A DNA stretch of 64,000 nucleotides. Origin: an uncultured Acidobacteriota bacterium (GTDB taxonomy: Bacteria > Acidobacteriota > Thermoanaerobaculia > Gp7-AA8). Numbering within the stretch: the stretch's first letter is position 1; each line of letters starts with the position of its first letter. The notes beneath the pieces were generated by a model. The model made no database searches and was not told the origin of the DNA. It worked only from the letters and a program-made list of their open reading frames with translations. The stretch lies in NCBI GenBank assembly GCA_963741955.1, contig CAVUKB010000005.1:320001-384000 (forward strand), read 5' to 3'. This document shows positions 38,100 through 48,094 of the stretch, piece by piece. The position numbers were made by a program, and so were the translations under genes.

Positions 38100-38981
38100 C
38101 TAGATCCTATCAGCATCGGTGGCGGTGGCGCGCTCCCTTTTGACCAGGACCAGAAGGAAAACGACAACGGCCACGAGCTCCGCCACGGTGACGAGAACAC
38201 TCCCTTCGATGCCGAACCTCCCGCCGCTGATCCATTCCGCACCACGCGGAAGGGTAGAGAAGACGGTTGCCGCCGGTCGGTAGCCACTGACGGGATAGCC
38301 GAGAATCGGACCTGACAGAACGTTCCAGCAGAAATGGATTCCCAGCGGAAACCAGAGATCGCGGCGGAGAAGCCAGGCCAGTCCGAGGAGAACGCCAGCG
38401 AGAAAGATATTCACGAGCGAAACCGGGCCGACGGCGACGTTTCCGAGGTGCAGTGCCGCGAAGCCAGCCGCAGAGAGGAGGACCGCGGTGGGGCGATTGA
38501 AAGCCGCGAGTTTCTGGAAGGGGTATCCACGGAAGACCAACTCTTCGTGAAACACAGCGGGGAGGAACAGCAGAACGAGCTCTCTCGCGCTCGGAGATCC
38601 CTCCGCGATGTTCCGGGCGAATCCTCCCATCGCGGCGATCCCGAGATCGGCCGCGCCGACGATGGCCAGCGCCGCAACCGCGCCGAGCACGATCGAAATC
38701 CAGGCCCGACGAGGAGCAACGAAGAATCCGAGGGGCCAGCGAAAGCGGTCGGTGACTCCGGCGCCAGCGACGCTGCCGATGATGGCGGCGGCAAGAGCTG
38801 CCCATTGGAAGGCCGCCATCCGGTGCAGCGGAAGGACGGCGGCGATCGCGACGAAGGAACCGAGGTACGCAGCGAAAAAGAGGACTTCCGCCGCGAAGAC
38901 GCGCTCGAGGCGGTGAAATAGAGAGTCGCGCGAGCGGCGCGGCGTCCTCTCGTCCGCAATCTGCTCATGATCGGTGGTCAT
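38100..38981 (-). CDS. CPBP (Abi/CAAX) intramembrane metalloprotease
   Basis: HEELVFRG, FAALH, HFCWN. Confidence 0.92.
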   Translation of the reverse strand: MTTDHEQIADERTPRRSRDSLFHRLERVFAAEVLFFAAYLGSFVAIAAVLPLHRMAAFQWAALAAAIIGSVAGAGVTDRFRWPLGFFVAPRRAWISIVLGAVAALAIVGAADLGIAAMGGFARNIAEGSPSARELVLLFLPAVFHEELVFRGYPFQKLAAFNRPTAVLLSAAGFAALHLGNVAVGPVSLVNIFLAGVLLGLAWLLRRDLWFPLGIHFCWNVLSGPILGYPVSGYRPAATVFSTLPRGAEWISGGRFGIEGSVLVTVAELVAVVVFLLVLVKRERATATDADRI

Positions 38982-39014
38982 GTGCCAGCCCTCGGGAGTG
39001 ATCCGAACAAAACG

Positions 39015-39046
39015 AAAAAAGCACGAGCAATGCTCGTGCTTTCTTC
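39015..39046. terminator. Intrinsic terminator after the exbD genes, possibly bidirectional
   Basis: aaaaaagcacgagc-aat-gctcgtgctttcttc. Confidence 0.8.
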
Positions 39047-39068
39047 AGTGTTCAGGAATCGCGCTCGA

Positions 39069-39521
39069 CTACTGTCCGGGAGTCGCGAGGCTCTGGCTCA
39101 GGGTCTGAGCCTGTGTCTCGACGTTCTCGACGATGATTCCGATGTTCTTGGCTCCGGCCGCGCGGGCGGTGTCCAGGAACTTCATCACGTCTTCGTACTT
39201 CGCATCGGAGTCGCCCGAGAAGAAGACCATCTTGCTCGAGTTCCCCTTGAGAATCTCCTGGACGCGCTGCGGGAACATGTCGGAACTGACCTGTTCCTTG
39301 TTGATGAACATGTTGCCTTCCTTCGTGAGCCGGAAGACGATCTGATCCGGGCTCGGCGGAACCACCTGACCTGGAGGTGGTTTCGGCGGCACTTTGACCA
39401 GATATCCCATCTGAACGACGGGCGTGATGACCATGAAAATGATCAGCAACACCAGGATGACGTCGATCAGGGGGGTGATGTTGATGTCAGAGCGGAGAGT
39501 TCCGCTTCCACCTACTTGCAT
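39069..39521 (-). CDS. exbD: ExbD/TolR family protein
   Basis: INITPLIDVILVLLIIFMV. Confidence 0.92.
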   Translation of the reverse strand: MQVGGSGTLRSDINITPLIDVILVLLIIFMVITPVVQMGYLVKVPPKPPPGQVVPPSPDQIVFRLTKEGNMFINKEQVSSDMFPQRVQEILKGNSSKMVFFSGDSDAKYEDVMKFLDTARAAGAKNIGIIVENVETQAQTLSQSLATPGQ

Positions 39522-39530
39522 CTGAGTCCC

Positions 39531-39989
39531 CTATGTCTCGGCGCCGGTCTGTTTGATCGGTTCAGCGATCAGTCCGACATCCTCGAATCCGACATCGCGG
39601 CACGCCTTCAACACGCGGAGGACGCGCCCGTAGTTCACGTTCTTGTCGCCTTTGACGGCGATCTCACGATCCGGAGTTCGTTCGTGAATATCCTTCAGCT
39701 GCGCTTCGAGATCTTCGTCCCGGATGATGTTCGGTCCGAGGTAGATGATCCCATCGTCCTTGACGGAGACCTGCAGCTGGGTCTGAGTGTCCGGCGTCTT
39801 CTCGGGTGCAACGGTTTTCGGGAGGACGACGGGCACGCCTTTCTGCAGCATGGGCGTGACCACCATGAAGATGATCAGAAGAACCAGACAGACGTCGACG
39901 AACGGCGTGACGTTGATATCGCTCTGCAGTCCCGCCTTCTGCAGCTTCGTAACAGAGCTATGCCACTTCCTATGGCTACTTCGCTTCAT
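39531..39989 (-). CDS. exbD: ExbD/TolR family protein
   Basis: INVTPFVDVCLVLLIIFMV. Confidence 0.92.
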   Translation of the reverse strand: MKRSSHRKWHSSVTKLQKAGLQSDINVTPFVDVCLVLLIIFMVVTPMLQKGVPVVLPKTVAPEKTPDTQTQLQVSVKDDGIIYLGPNIIRDEDLEAQLKDIHERTPDREIAVKGDKNVNYGRVLRVLKACRDVGFEDVGLIAEPIKQTGAET

Positions 39990-40659
39990 TGCCTTCCGCT
40001 TCTTTGAGGAGATAAATGCTCATCTCGGAGCCGGAGTTGGACATCTCGACGGTAAAGCGGTCGACCCGGTTCTGGAAGTAGTTGTAAGCCCAGACCGCCG
40101 GGATCGCAACGAACAGACCGAATGCCGTCGACACGAGCGCTTCTGCGATACCAGCGGAGACCGACGCGATTCCGCCGCCATGGTTCGCCATGCCGACGAA
40201 CGCGTTGATGATTCCGACGACGGTTCCGAACAGTCCGACGAACGGCGCGGTGGCTCCGATGGTCGCGAGCGCCCCGAGGTTCTCCTTCAGTTCGGCGACG
40301 GTGATCATCGCGGTGCGGTCCATCCCCTGGCGGGCCGCCTCGAGGCTGACCTCGGGGTCGATGTTCCGCTTGTCACGACGGCTGGCTTCGAACTCGAGCA
40401 GACCGGCGGCGATGACTTTCGCCAGGTGGCTGCTCTTGTACTTCTTCGTGACGTCGATCGCTTCCTGATACGCGCTGCGGGTGAGCACGTTCGAGAGAGC
40501 TCCGATGAGCTTGAGCGACTGACTCTTGGCCTGGGTGAAAACGATGTAGCGCTCGACCATGACCCAGATCGAGTAGACCGACATGATGGCCATGACGAGG
40601 GCCACGCCCTTCACCACCGGGTGCATCGTGTTCCAAAGTGTTACCGGACTCAGATCCAT
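39976..40659 (-). CDS. MotA/TolQ/ExbB proton channel
   Basis: APFVGLFGTV, GIAEALVSTAFGL. Confidence 0.94.
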   Translation of the reverse strand: MDLSPVTLWNTMHPVVKGVALVMAIMSVYSIWVMVERYIVFTQAKSQSLKLIGALSNVLTRSAYQEAIDVTKKYKSSHLAKVIAAGLLEFEASRRDKRNIDPEVSLEAARQGMDRTAMITVAELKENLGALATIGATAPFVGLFGTVVGIINAFVGMANHGGGIASVSAGIAEALVSTAFGLFVAIPAVWAYNYFQNRVDRFTVEMSNSGSEMSIYLLKEAEGNEAK

Positions 40660-40713
40660 TGGTTCTCCTCCATCTCTCGACGACCGTCCCCTCGGCCGGC
40701 CGCCGACAATCCG

Positions 40714-41445
40714 TTAGTTCAGTTTGAAATTCACCGTGAGGTTGAATATGACGTCCACGGGCTGGCCGTTCAAGGTACCAGGCTTGAATTTCCAACGTTT
40801 GACCGCATCCGCTGCGGCCTCACTGAGGCCGAACGGTAACCCTTTCAGTACCTTCACGTCGCGGACGTACCCCGACTTGTCGATCACCGCCTCGATGATG
40901 ACGATACCCTGAATGCGCGCCTTCCGCGCCACTTCGGGATACGTCGGCTCGATCCGGTTGATCACGGTCGGGGCTTTCACGTCGCCTCCGACACGGAGCG
41001 GGGCTTCGGGGGCCTCGGTGATCACGCCGCCGACGACTCCGCCGACGACTCCACCGACCACACCACCGGGAACGCCACCTTCGACGCCGCCTTCGACTCC
41101 CTCGTCACCGGTGTTCTGAGGAAGATCCGGAATCTTTTCCGGGACCTGAGTCGGAGCAAACTGCTCCGCATTCTGCGGTACCGGGGTCGGCTTGACCACC
41201 TCGACCGGTTTGACCGCTGCTTTCGGAGGCGGCGGAGGCGGAGGCGGAGGCGGAGGGGGTGGGGCGACAGCAGAGTACTGCGCCACCTGGGCGGGAGCAT
41301 TGATCGGAAAATCGACGTTCCAGACCCCAGCGAACACCGCGCCACCGATGGCGATGACGTGCACTGCGATCGAGACCGGAAGCGTCAGATATTTCTGAAT
41401 CCCGACCTTTCTCTTCTTGGACTCGACAACCGTCGTTTCAAACAT
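40714..41445 (-). CDS. TonB-family energy transducer
   Basis: TM with SxxxH, poly-Pro, TonB_C (PTYPEVAR...WKFKPG). Confidence 0.92.
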   Translation of the reverse strand: MFETTVVESKKRKVGIQKYLTLPVSIAVHVIAIGGAVFAGVWNVDFPINAPAQVAQYSAVAPPPPPPPPPPPPPKAAVKPVEVVKPTPVPQNAEQFAPTQVPEKIPDLPQNTGDEGVEGGVEGGVPGGVVGGVVGGVVGGVITEAPEAPLRVGGDVKAPTVINRIEPTYPEVARKARIQGIVIIEAVIDKSGYVRDVKVLKGLPFGLSEAAADAVKRWKFKPGTLNGQPVDVIFNLTVNFKLN

Positions 41446-41479
41446 GTGTTCGGCAATCCTCAGTCGGTTTTCTTCTCAA

Positions 41480-42283
41480 TTACTTCTTGGCACTCCGCGC
41501 TTTCGCCATCGCGATGGCTTTCGCACGGACCTCGTCCGCCTGCTTGATCAGATCCTGCTGCTTCATCGGATCCGTCTCGACCTGGGCCTGTTGACGCAGC
41601 ATGAGGTTCAAATAGACGAGCGCCTCGAAATATTGCGGTTTGAGCTTGAGAGCCTGGTTCAGCGCACCAAGCCCCTCATCGATGATCTGCGCTTTTTCGG
41701 TCTGGTCGGCCGGGGGGTCCTTGGCGACCTTCTCGTACAAGACGACGCCGTACGTGTAGAACGCCTCCGGATTGTTGGAATCCAGAAGGGTGATCTTCTT
41801 GTACCAGTTCATCGACTCCTTGAAGTCGCCCGTCTTCGCGTAGAGGTTCGCGATGGAGCGAACGGTGTCGATATCCGCCGGGTGCGATGCGAGATATTCC
41901 TTGAAGTAGTCGATCGCCTGCTGGGTGCGATCGGCATTCAGGTAGAGGTTGATCAGCGCTTCGCGCGCCGTGGTGTCGTCGGGCCGCTTCTTCACGTAGC
42001 GCTTGAGCGCCTCGATTCCGCGATCCGCGTATCCCGCATTCTGCGCCGATTCCTCACCCGGCTTGAAAAGCCCGATGTACGAATAGCCGATCAGCCGGTC
42101 GAGATCGGCGAAGCTGGGATCGATCTGCCGGGCTGCCTCGTAATGCTTCAGAGCGTCCGCGTACTGCTCTTTTCCGTAGAACTCGTTCGCCTGACGGATC
42201 TCCACGCGGGCTCGGACGCCGTTGCAGCCCATCAATGAGATGGAAAGAATCAGTGCCGCGAGAAGGCACAATTTCTGCTTCAT
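41480..42283 (-). CDS. TPR lipoprotein
   Basis: Lipobox LMGC, TPR helices. Confidence 0.82.
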   Translation of the reverse strand: MKQKLCLLAALILSISLMGCNGVRARVEIRQANEFYGKEQYADALKHYEAARQIDPSFADLDRLIGYSYIGLFKPGEESAQNAGYADRGIEALKRYVKKRPDDTTAREALINLYLNADRTQQAIDYFKEYLASHPADIDTVRSIANLYAKTGDFKESMNWYKKITLLDSNNPEAFYTYGVVLYEKVAKDPPADQTEKAQIIDEGLGALNQALKLKPQYFEALVYLNLMLRQQAQVETDPMKQQDLIKQADEVRAKAIAMAKARSAKK

Positions 42284-42361
42284 CAAGTCTCTGACTCCAT
42301 GATTTTCGAATCGTTCTGAATCCGGCAGCAAGCGCGGAATCGGCCCGACAACCGGCCAGCG

Positions 42362-42390
42362 AGTATAGATTTCGACTCCGGGACCGTCAA
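42362..42390 (-). promoter_or_regulatory. Sigma70-type promoter of the TPR-tonB-exbB-exbD-exbD operon
   Basis: TTGACG-17 nt-TATACT on - strand. Confidence 0.75.
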
Positions 42391-42631
42391 GAAGATCGAG
42401 TGTCTTTTCGGGAACAGTTGCGTCTGCCGGCGAGACGTTCGAACGCTCGGTGGTCTGGATGTCTGATCCGGTTTGCTTTTCCTGGAGCGTGCACCGGTCA
42501 AAACGTGCACCCCAGCTGCCTTATTCTGAACCCTCTCTGGTTGCCTGTTCGCGATCTGCACGAGCTCAGGACTGTTCGATCGAAGGACCGGGTGTTCGTC
42601 GAATCATCGCACGAAACCGGTCCGAACCACA

Positions 42632-43834
42632 TCACACCAGCTCGAGAATGTGCCCGAGCTTGTTCTTCTTCGTTTCCAGATACCGTCGCGTGTGTGCAGA
42701 CGGCGCGATCTCGAGAGGGATCCGTTCCACGATCTCCAGACCGAATCCTTCGATTGCGACGTACTTCGAGGGGTTGTTGGTCATCAGGCGGATCCGCCGG
42801 ACTCCGAGATCTCTCAGGATCTGGCAGCCGGTTCCGTAATCTCGGATGTCGGGCGCGAAGCCGAGCTTTCGATTTGCTTCGATCGTATCGTCTCCCTCGT
42901 CCTGGAGCTCGTACGCGCGAAGCTTGTTGACCATCCCGATGCCCCTTCCTTCCTGAAGAAGGTAGAGCACGATTCCTTTCTTCTCCTGGGAGATCAGCTC
43001 GAATGCCCGATGCAGCTGATCACCACAGTCGCACCGGCTCGACTGGAGCACGTCGCCGGTGAGGCAGGAGGAGTGGACCCGGACCAGGATGTCATCATCT
43101 TCCCGGATCTCACCCATCACGATGGCCAGATGCTCTTCTCCCGTCACGTCGCTCCGGTACGCGTGAACCCGGAACTCTCCGTACGGAGTGGGAAGCTTCG
43201 GCGCGGCGATGCACTGAACATGGTGCTCGTGACGCATTCGGTAGCGGATCAACTCCGCGACCGAGAGGATCTTCAGATCGTGGTCCTTCGCGAACTTCTC
43301 CAGATCGGGAAGGCGGCCCATCGAACCGTCTTCGTTCATGATCTCGCAGATCGCGGCTCCGGGAGCGAGACCTGCGATGGTCGCGAGATCCACCGAAGCT
43401 TCGGTGTGTCCCGCGCGCTTGAGAACTCCACCTCTTTTCGCTCGCAGCGGAAAGATGTGGCCGGGCTTCACCAGATCGCCGGGACGGGTCCGCGGGTCGA
43501 TTGCCACGCGGACCGTCTCGGCACGATCTTTAGCCGAGATTCCAGTCGTCACCTTCACCCGCGCCCCGATCGAGACGCAGAAGGCCGTACCGTATTTCGA
43601 AGTGTTGTTCTCGACCATCAGCGGAAGCTGCAGCTCATCACAACGTTCCTCCGTCATGGCGAGACAGATCAGTCCCCGTCCGTTCTTCGCCATGAAGTTG
43701 ATCGCTTCGGGCGTCACCTTCTCGGCGGCGATGCAGAGGTCTCCCTCGTTCTCGCGGTCTTCGTCGTCGACGATGACGACGAACTCACCTCTTCGAAAAC
43801 TCTCGGCAGCTTCTTCTACGGTGCAGAAAGGCAT
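42632..43834 (-). CDS. ribBA: Bifunctional DHBP synthase / GTP cyclohydrolase II
   Basis: [27 protein letters not shown]...CDC, QEGRGIG. Confidence 0.97.
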   Translation of the reverse strand: MPFCTVEEAAESFRRGEFVVIVDDEDRENEGDLCIAAEKVTPEAINFMAKNGRGLICLAMTEERCDELQLPLMVENNTSKYGTAFCVSIGARVKVTTGISAKDRAETVRVAIDPRTRPGDLVKPGHIFPLRAKRGGVLKRAGHTEASVDLATIAGLAPGAAICEIMNEDGSMGRLPDLEKFAKDHDLKILSVAELIRYRMRHEHHVQCIAAPKLPTPYGEFRVHAYRSDVTGEEHLAIVMGEIREDDDILVRVHSSCLTGDVLQSSRCDCGDQLHRAFELISQEKKGIVLYLLQEGRGIGMVNKLRAYELQDEGDDTIEANRKLGFAPDIRDYGTGCQILRDLGVRRIRLMTNNPSKYVAIEGFGLEIVERIPLEIAPSAHTRRYLETKKNKLGHILELV

Positions 43835-43838
43835 CAGA

Positions 43839-45359
43839 CTACTTCTCTCCCACGACCTTGAAGTCGCGTGACAGGGTGTAGGACTGCTTGGTGACCGAAT
43901 CGATCAGCTTCACGTTCATGGTGTATGTTCCGGGCTGGAATGTCCCCGGAGGAATCGAGCTTCCGACCCCGTAATGTGCGGCCACGCCCTTGAGCGGCTG
44001 CGCAGGAGCATCCATCAGCGGAGCTCCCCGCTTCACCTTCTTCTTGTCGGCAGTGGTCCCCTCGACGTCGAGCTTGACCTGCATGTGGGGCGCGCCCGCG
44101 TCGTCGAGTCCGGGATTCCGCACCTCGAAGAAATACCAGATCTCGTCCGTCGGCTTGAAAACTCCACTGCCGTTCGGAACCACCTTGATACCGCCGTACG
44201 CGAACGGATCCTTCGGTTGCTGTGCTTCGGTCAGCGGATAGATCGTGTTCGAGAGCAGAAGCGACGAGACTGACTCCGCCCCCTTGTCGAGCGGCTCGAC
44301 CTTCATCTCGTTCGAGGCGAGCGCCACGACTTTTCCATCCTGCGCGACGCCGAATTTCCCGACGTATTCTCCCGGCTGGAGCTCGATCGACTTCTCCACG
44401 AAGTGATCGCTCCCCGCCGTCGATACTTTCGCCTGGTCCTCGAACGCGAGAGCCGGAGTCCCCTCCTTCGACTGAATCACGCCGAAGAACGTGGCCGGCT
44501 TCGTCGGGTCGAGAGCGACGATTCCGTTCAGATACAGCTGAACGGGCTCGAACATCTCGCCGGCTTCCGTGATCCCCTGGTCGGCGCTCACGTAGGCGCC
44601 CGGGGTCGGGGCCGAGTACTGATCGATCGCGGCCTTCAGCTCGGGCGTCTTCAACTCCGTCACCACGACCGGAGCCGCCGGCGCAGCGGGCTGCTGCGGT
44701 GCCGCAGCCTGGTACGTCGGAACCTTGGTCATGTCCGGCGAAACGATGTAGTGTTCCGCGGCCTTTGCAAGAACCATATTCACATTCGTCTTCGGCGAAT
44801 GGCCGAGCCGGTACTCACCGCTTCCGTACTGATCGACGAAGGCGATCTCCATCTCCGGGACACCGGCCCAGGAAGGCGTGTCCTTGCTTTCGTAGATCCA
44901 CGTCTCGGTCGGAACGTTCGAATCCTTCAGCGCTCCGGTCGCGGCATCCGTGGTGAATCCTTCCTGAATGTTTGGGGTGGTCGGTCCGCCGATTCGGCGC
45001 AGCCTGGTGGGAGGTCCGAGCAGGATGTAGACCTTGCCTCGGTCGGTGAGCGCCCCGGGGATCTGGCCGTACGTGAAGTTCTTGTTCGCGACTTCGACCT
45101 TCTGGTCGAACTCGTTCTTGAACTCGTTGACTGGGGTCTGCGGCGTCGGATCGCGACGCGCCCAGAAAAGATCGATGAATTTCTGAGCATCCTCATCCGA
45201 TCTGATCGACTTCCACTGCTTCTGCTCGGCCTTCGTCATCAGCTGCTTCGCCGGCCCCTTGCCCCAATCCGTGTACTTCTCCGAAAGGGAGGCGGCGTAA
45301 GCACCACCGATGCCGACCGACACCAGCAGCACTGCGGCGAGCATCTTTTTGACATCCAT
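43839..45359 (-). CDS. GWxTD-domain exported protein
   Basis: FWARRDPTP...NEF...[21 protein letters not shown]. Confidence 0.85.
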   Translation of the reverse strand: MDVKKMLAAVLLVSVGIGGAYAASLSEKYTDWGKGPAKQLMTKAEQKQWKSIRSDEDAQKFIDLFWARRDPTPQTPVNEFKNEFDQKVEVANKNFTYGQIPGALTDRGKVYILLGPPTRLRRIGGPTTPNIQEGFTTDAATGALKDSNVPTETWIYESKDTPSWAGVPEMEIAFVDQYGSGEYRLGHSPKTNVNMVLAKAAEHYIVSPDMTKVPTYQAAAPQQPAAPAAPVVVTELKTPELKAAIDQYSAPTPGAYVSADQGITEAGEMFEPVQLYLNGIVALDPTKPATFFGVIQSKEGTPALAFEDQAKVSTAGSDHFVEKSIELQPGEYVGKFGVAQDGKVVALASNEMKVEPLDKGAESVSSLLLSNTIYPLTEAQQPKDPFAYGGIKVVPNGSGVFKPTDEIWYFFEVRNPGLDDAGAPHMQVKLDVEGTTADKKKVKRGAPLMDAPAQPLKGVAAHYGVGSSIPPGTFQPGTYTMNVKLIDSVTKQSYTLSRDFKVVGEK

Positions 45360-45415
45360 GTTAAGTGTTTCCTCCGTTGGTAGATTCGTGATTTCGAAAC
45401 ACCGCAGGCGCGGCG

Positions 45416-45619
45416 CTATTCCCCGTCCTCATCCTCGTCCGCCTCGCGCTCGAGCTCCTGATAAAGCTTCTCCATCTCCTGGTCGAGCTCTCCCTGCGCG
45501 ATGATTCCCTTGCGAAGCAGAATATTCACAACTGCATGCAGAAGCAGACCGTTATCGACGATCATCTGCTCGATCTGTTCTTCGTAATCCTCCGAATCGA
45601 AGTCGTCAGTGTCGCCCAT
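45416..45619 (-). CDS. Small acidic hypothetical protein
   Basis: SD aaggag; helical core LLHAVVNILLRKGII...EL. Confidence 0.7.
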   Translation of the reverse strand: MGDTDDFDSEDYEEQIEQMIVDNGLLLHAVVNILLRKGIIAQGELDQEMEKLYQELEREADEDEDGE

Positions 45620-45715
45620 GCGATTTCTCCTTTCGGCGTCCGCCGGTCTCTCCGACGGCGCTGTATATCACGGCAGGTCCGGGACGCTTGAGTTCATCCG
45701 TCACACATGTTCGCG

Positions 45716-47206
45716 TCACCCTCGTCCCCAGCTGCCGACGAGGTCCCACACCGAGGGTGATCCTTGCACTTCAGCATCCGCCGTTGCCCTCCGCCGACCT
45801 CCTCCCCCGAGCTCGGCCAGCAGCGTCGCGACGGCGGCCGCACGCTCCCCTCCTTCTCTTTGCAAACCTTCCTGATGCTCCGGGATGAAGGCCGTAGAAA
45901 CCTCTCCCGCCCGGAACGCGGGATGGGAAAGCACCCGGTGGAGAAAGGGGATATTAGTGGCCGTCCCGAGGATGATGTACTCCTCGAGGGCACGCACCAT
46001 CCGATCGATACACCGCTCTCGATCCTCCGCCCGGACGATCAGCTTCGCCAGAAGCGGATCGTACCGAACCGTGATCAGGCTTCCCGTCTCGACGCCGCTG
46101 TCGACCCGAATCCCCGGGCCGGCGGGCTCCTCGTAGCGTTCGATCGTACCGGCTTGAGGGAGAAATCCCCGATCGGGGTCCTCGGCGTAGATACGGCATT
46201 CGATCGCATGACCGCGCTGCTGCAGCTCGTCCTGAGTCCACGGGAGCGCGGCTCCCGCAGCCACTTCGAGCTGTGCCCGGACCAGATCGACTCCGACCAC
46301 CAGCTCGGTCACCGGGTGTTCCACCTGGAGGCGGGTGTTCATCTCGAGGAAGTAGAACTCGCGCTCCGGAGTGACGATGAATTCGACCGTTCCCGCATTT
46401 CGGTACCCCACCCCTCCCGCGGCGGCGATTGCCGCCTCGGCCATCTTCTGCCGGAGAGGTTCGGGGTAATGCGGCGCCGGAGACTCTTCGATGATCTTCT
46501 GATGGCGCCGCTGCACGGAGCAATCGCGCTCGAAGAGGTGGACGATGTTCCCCTCGGAATCCCCGAAGACCTGCATCTCCACGTGCCGGGGATGCTCGAC
46601 GTATCGCTCGAGCAGCAACCGCTCGTTTCCGAACGCCTTACCGGCCTCGCGCCGCGCCGACTCCAGGGCCGCCCGCAGTTCCGACTCCTCTCGGACGATC
46701 TTCATCCCTTTCCCGCCGCCGCCAGCCGAGGCCTTGACCAGGAGGGGGAACCCGATGCCGAGCGCTTCACGCGAAAGAGTCTCGTCCGACTGATCCGTGC
46801 CGTGGTAGCCCGGGACGACGGGAACTCCGATCTTCTCCATCAGAGCACGTGAGTCGGATTTCGAACCCATCAACTCGATCGCCTCTGCGGGGGGTCCGAC
46901 GAAGACGATCCCTTGGTCCGCGCATGCGGCGGCGAGCTCGGCCCGCTCGGAAAGGAACCCGTATCCGGGATGGAGAGCATCCGCTCCGGAGCGGCGGCAC
47001 GCGTCGATCACTTTGCCGACGTCGAGGTAGGTCTCGCGAGCTTCGCCCTCTCCCAGATCGACAGCCTGGTCGAAGTTGCGGACCGCCAGGGTCGCTGCGT
47101 CCGCCGACGAATGCGCGATGACGGTGACGATGCCCATCTCACGGCACGTCCTCGCGATGCGGATCGCGATCTCGCCACGGTTCGGGACCAGGAGTTTTCG
47201 AATCAC
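45716..47206 (-). CDS. Acyl-CoA carboxylase biotin-carboxylase subunit (LiuD/AccC-like, no biotinyl domain)
   Basis: NRGEIA, HPGYGFLSE, GGGGKGM, EMNTRLQVEH; GTGA overlap. Confidence 0.93.
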   Translation of the reverse strand: MIRKLLVPNRGEIAIRIARTCREMGIVTVIAHSSADAATLAVRNFDQAVDLGEGEARETYLDVGKVIDACRRSGADALHPGYGFLSERAELAAACADQGIVFVGPPAEAIELMGSKSDSRALMEKIGVPVVPGYHGTDQSDETLSREALGIGFPLLVKASAGGGGKGMKIVREESELRAALESARREAGKAFGNERLLLERYVEHPRHVEMQVFGDSEGNIVHLFERDCSVQRRHQKIIEESPAPHYPEPLRQKMAEAAIAAAGGVGYRNAGTVEFIVTPEREFYFLEMNTRLQVEHPVTELVVGVDLVRAQLEVAAGAALPWTQDELQQRGHAIECRIYAEDPDRGFLPQAGTIERYEEPAGPGIRVDSGVETGSLITVRYDPLLAKLIVRAEDRERCIDRMVRALEEYIILGTATNIPFLHRVLSHPAFRAGEVSTAFIPEHQEGLQREGGERAAAVATLLAELGGGGRRRATADAEVQGSPSVWDLVGSWGRG

Positions 47207-47991
47207 CGCGGCACCCACGGCGCCTTCTTCTTTTCGAGAAACGCGGTCATCCCTTCCTGGCCTTCGGGCGAGGTGCGCCGCTCCGAGATCGCTTCGATCG
47301 TGTAGGGGAGCAGATGGGCCGTGTCGAGAGTCTCGACTCTCGAGATCAGTTTCTTGCAGGCCCGAACCGCTTCCGGCCCCGACGAGAGAAGCTGATCGAC
47401 GGTTTCCTCGACTGCGGAGTCGATCTCCTCGGGCGTGACGACGCGGTGAACCAGACCGATGCGAAGGGCCCGATCCGCATCGAAACGCTCTCCGGTGAGA
47501 AAGAGTGCACGTGCGTGGCCGGGACCGATTTTCCGAATGACATAGGGAGAGATCACCGCCGGAAGTATTCCGAGCTTCACCTCGGAAAGACCAAACCTCG
47601 CAACCTCGCTCGCGATTGCGATATCGCAGACCGAGACCAGGCCCACTCCCCCGCCGATCGCCGCGCCCTGAATCCGGCCGACCAGCGGAATCGGGCATTC
47701 ATCGATCACCGCGAACATCTTCGCGAGAGCGGCGGAGTCCCGGATGTTCTCCTCCCGTGAGTATCGGACCATACGGGACATCCAGTTGAGGTCCGCACCG
47801 GCGCAGAAGCTTTTCCCTTCGCCGGTCAGCACGACCGCGCGAAGGTCGTCGCGACGTTCGATCTCTTCGAAAAGCCGCGTCGCCTCGGCGATCAGATCAT
47901 CATTGAAGGCGTTGTGGACTTCGGGTCGGGCGAGCGTCACGAACAGTACGGCATCGCGCTCTTCGATCCGGATCGTGGTGTAGTCGGACAT
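47203..47991 (-). CDS. Enoyl-CoA hydratase, methylglutaconyl-CoA hydratase-like
   Basis: RPEVHNAF, FCAGADLNWM, SEVKLGILPAVISPY. Confidence 0.9.
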   Translation of the reverse strand: MSDYTTIRIEERDAVLFVTLARPEVHNAFNDDLIAEATRLFEEIERRDDLRAVVLTGEGKSFCAGADLNWMSRMVRYSREENIRDSAALAKMFAVIDECPIPLVGRIQGAAIGGGVGLVSVCDIAIASEVARFGLSEVKLGILPAVISPYVIRKIGPGHARALFLTGERFDADRALRIGLVHRVVTPEEIDSAVEETVDQLLSSGPEAVRACKKLISRVETLDTAHLLPYTIEAISERRTSPEGQEGMTAFLEKKKAPWVPR

Positions 47992-48094
47992 CGATTCAGA
48001 CTGTTCTTTCCGGTTGGAATTCGCCCCCGGCAGGCGCGTGGAGCACGTTCTGCGAAAAGGCCCGCAGAGTATAGCCGATCCCTCGCGGAGCGGC

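Noticed and set aside
41020-41270. GGCGGA and CCGACGACT tandem repeats
   Set aside because: They encode the normal poly-Pro and GGVV linkers of TonB.
43835-43900. FMN riboswitch before ribBA
   Set aside because: Only 4 nt separate ribBA from the upstream CDS.
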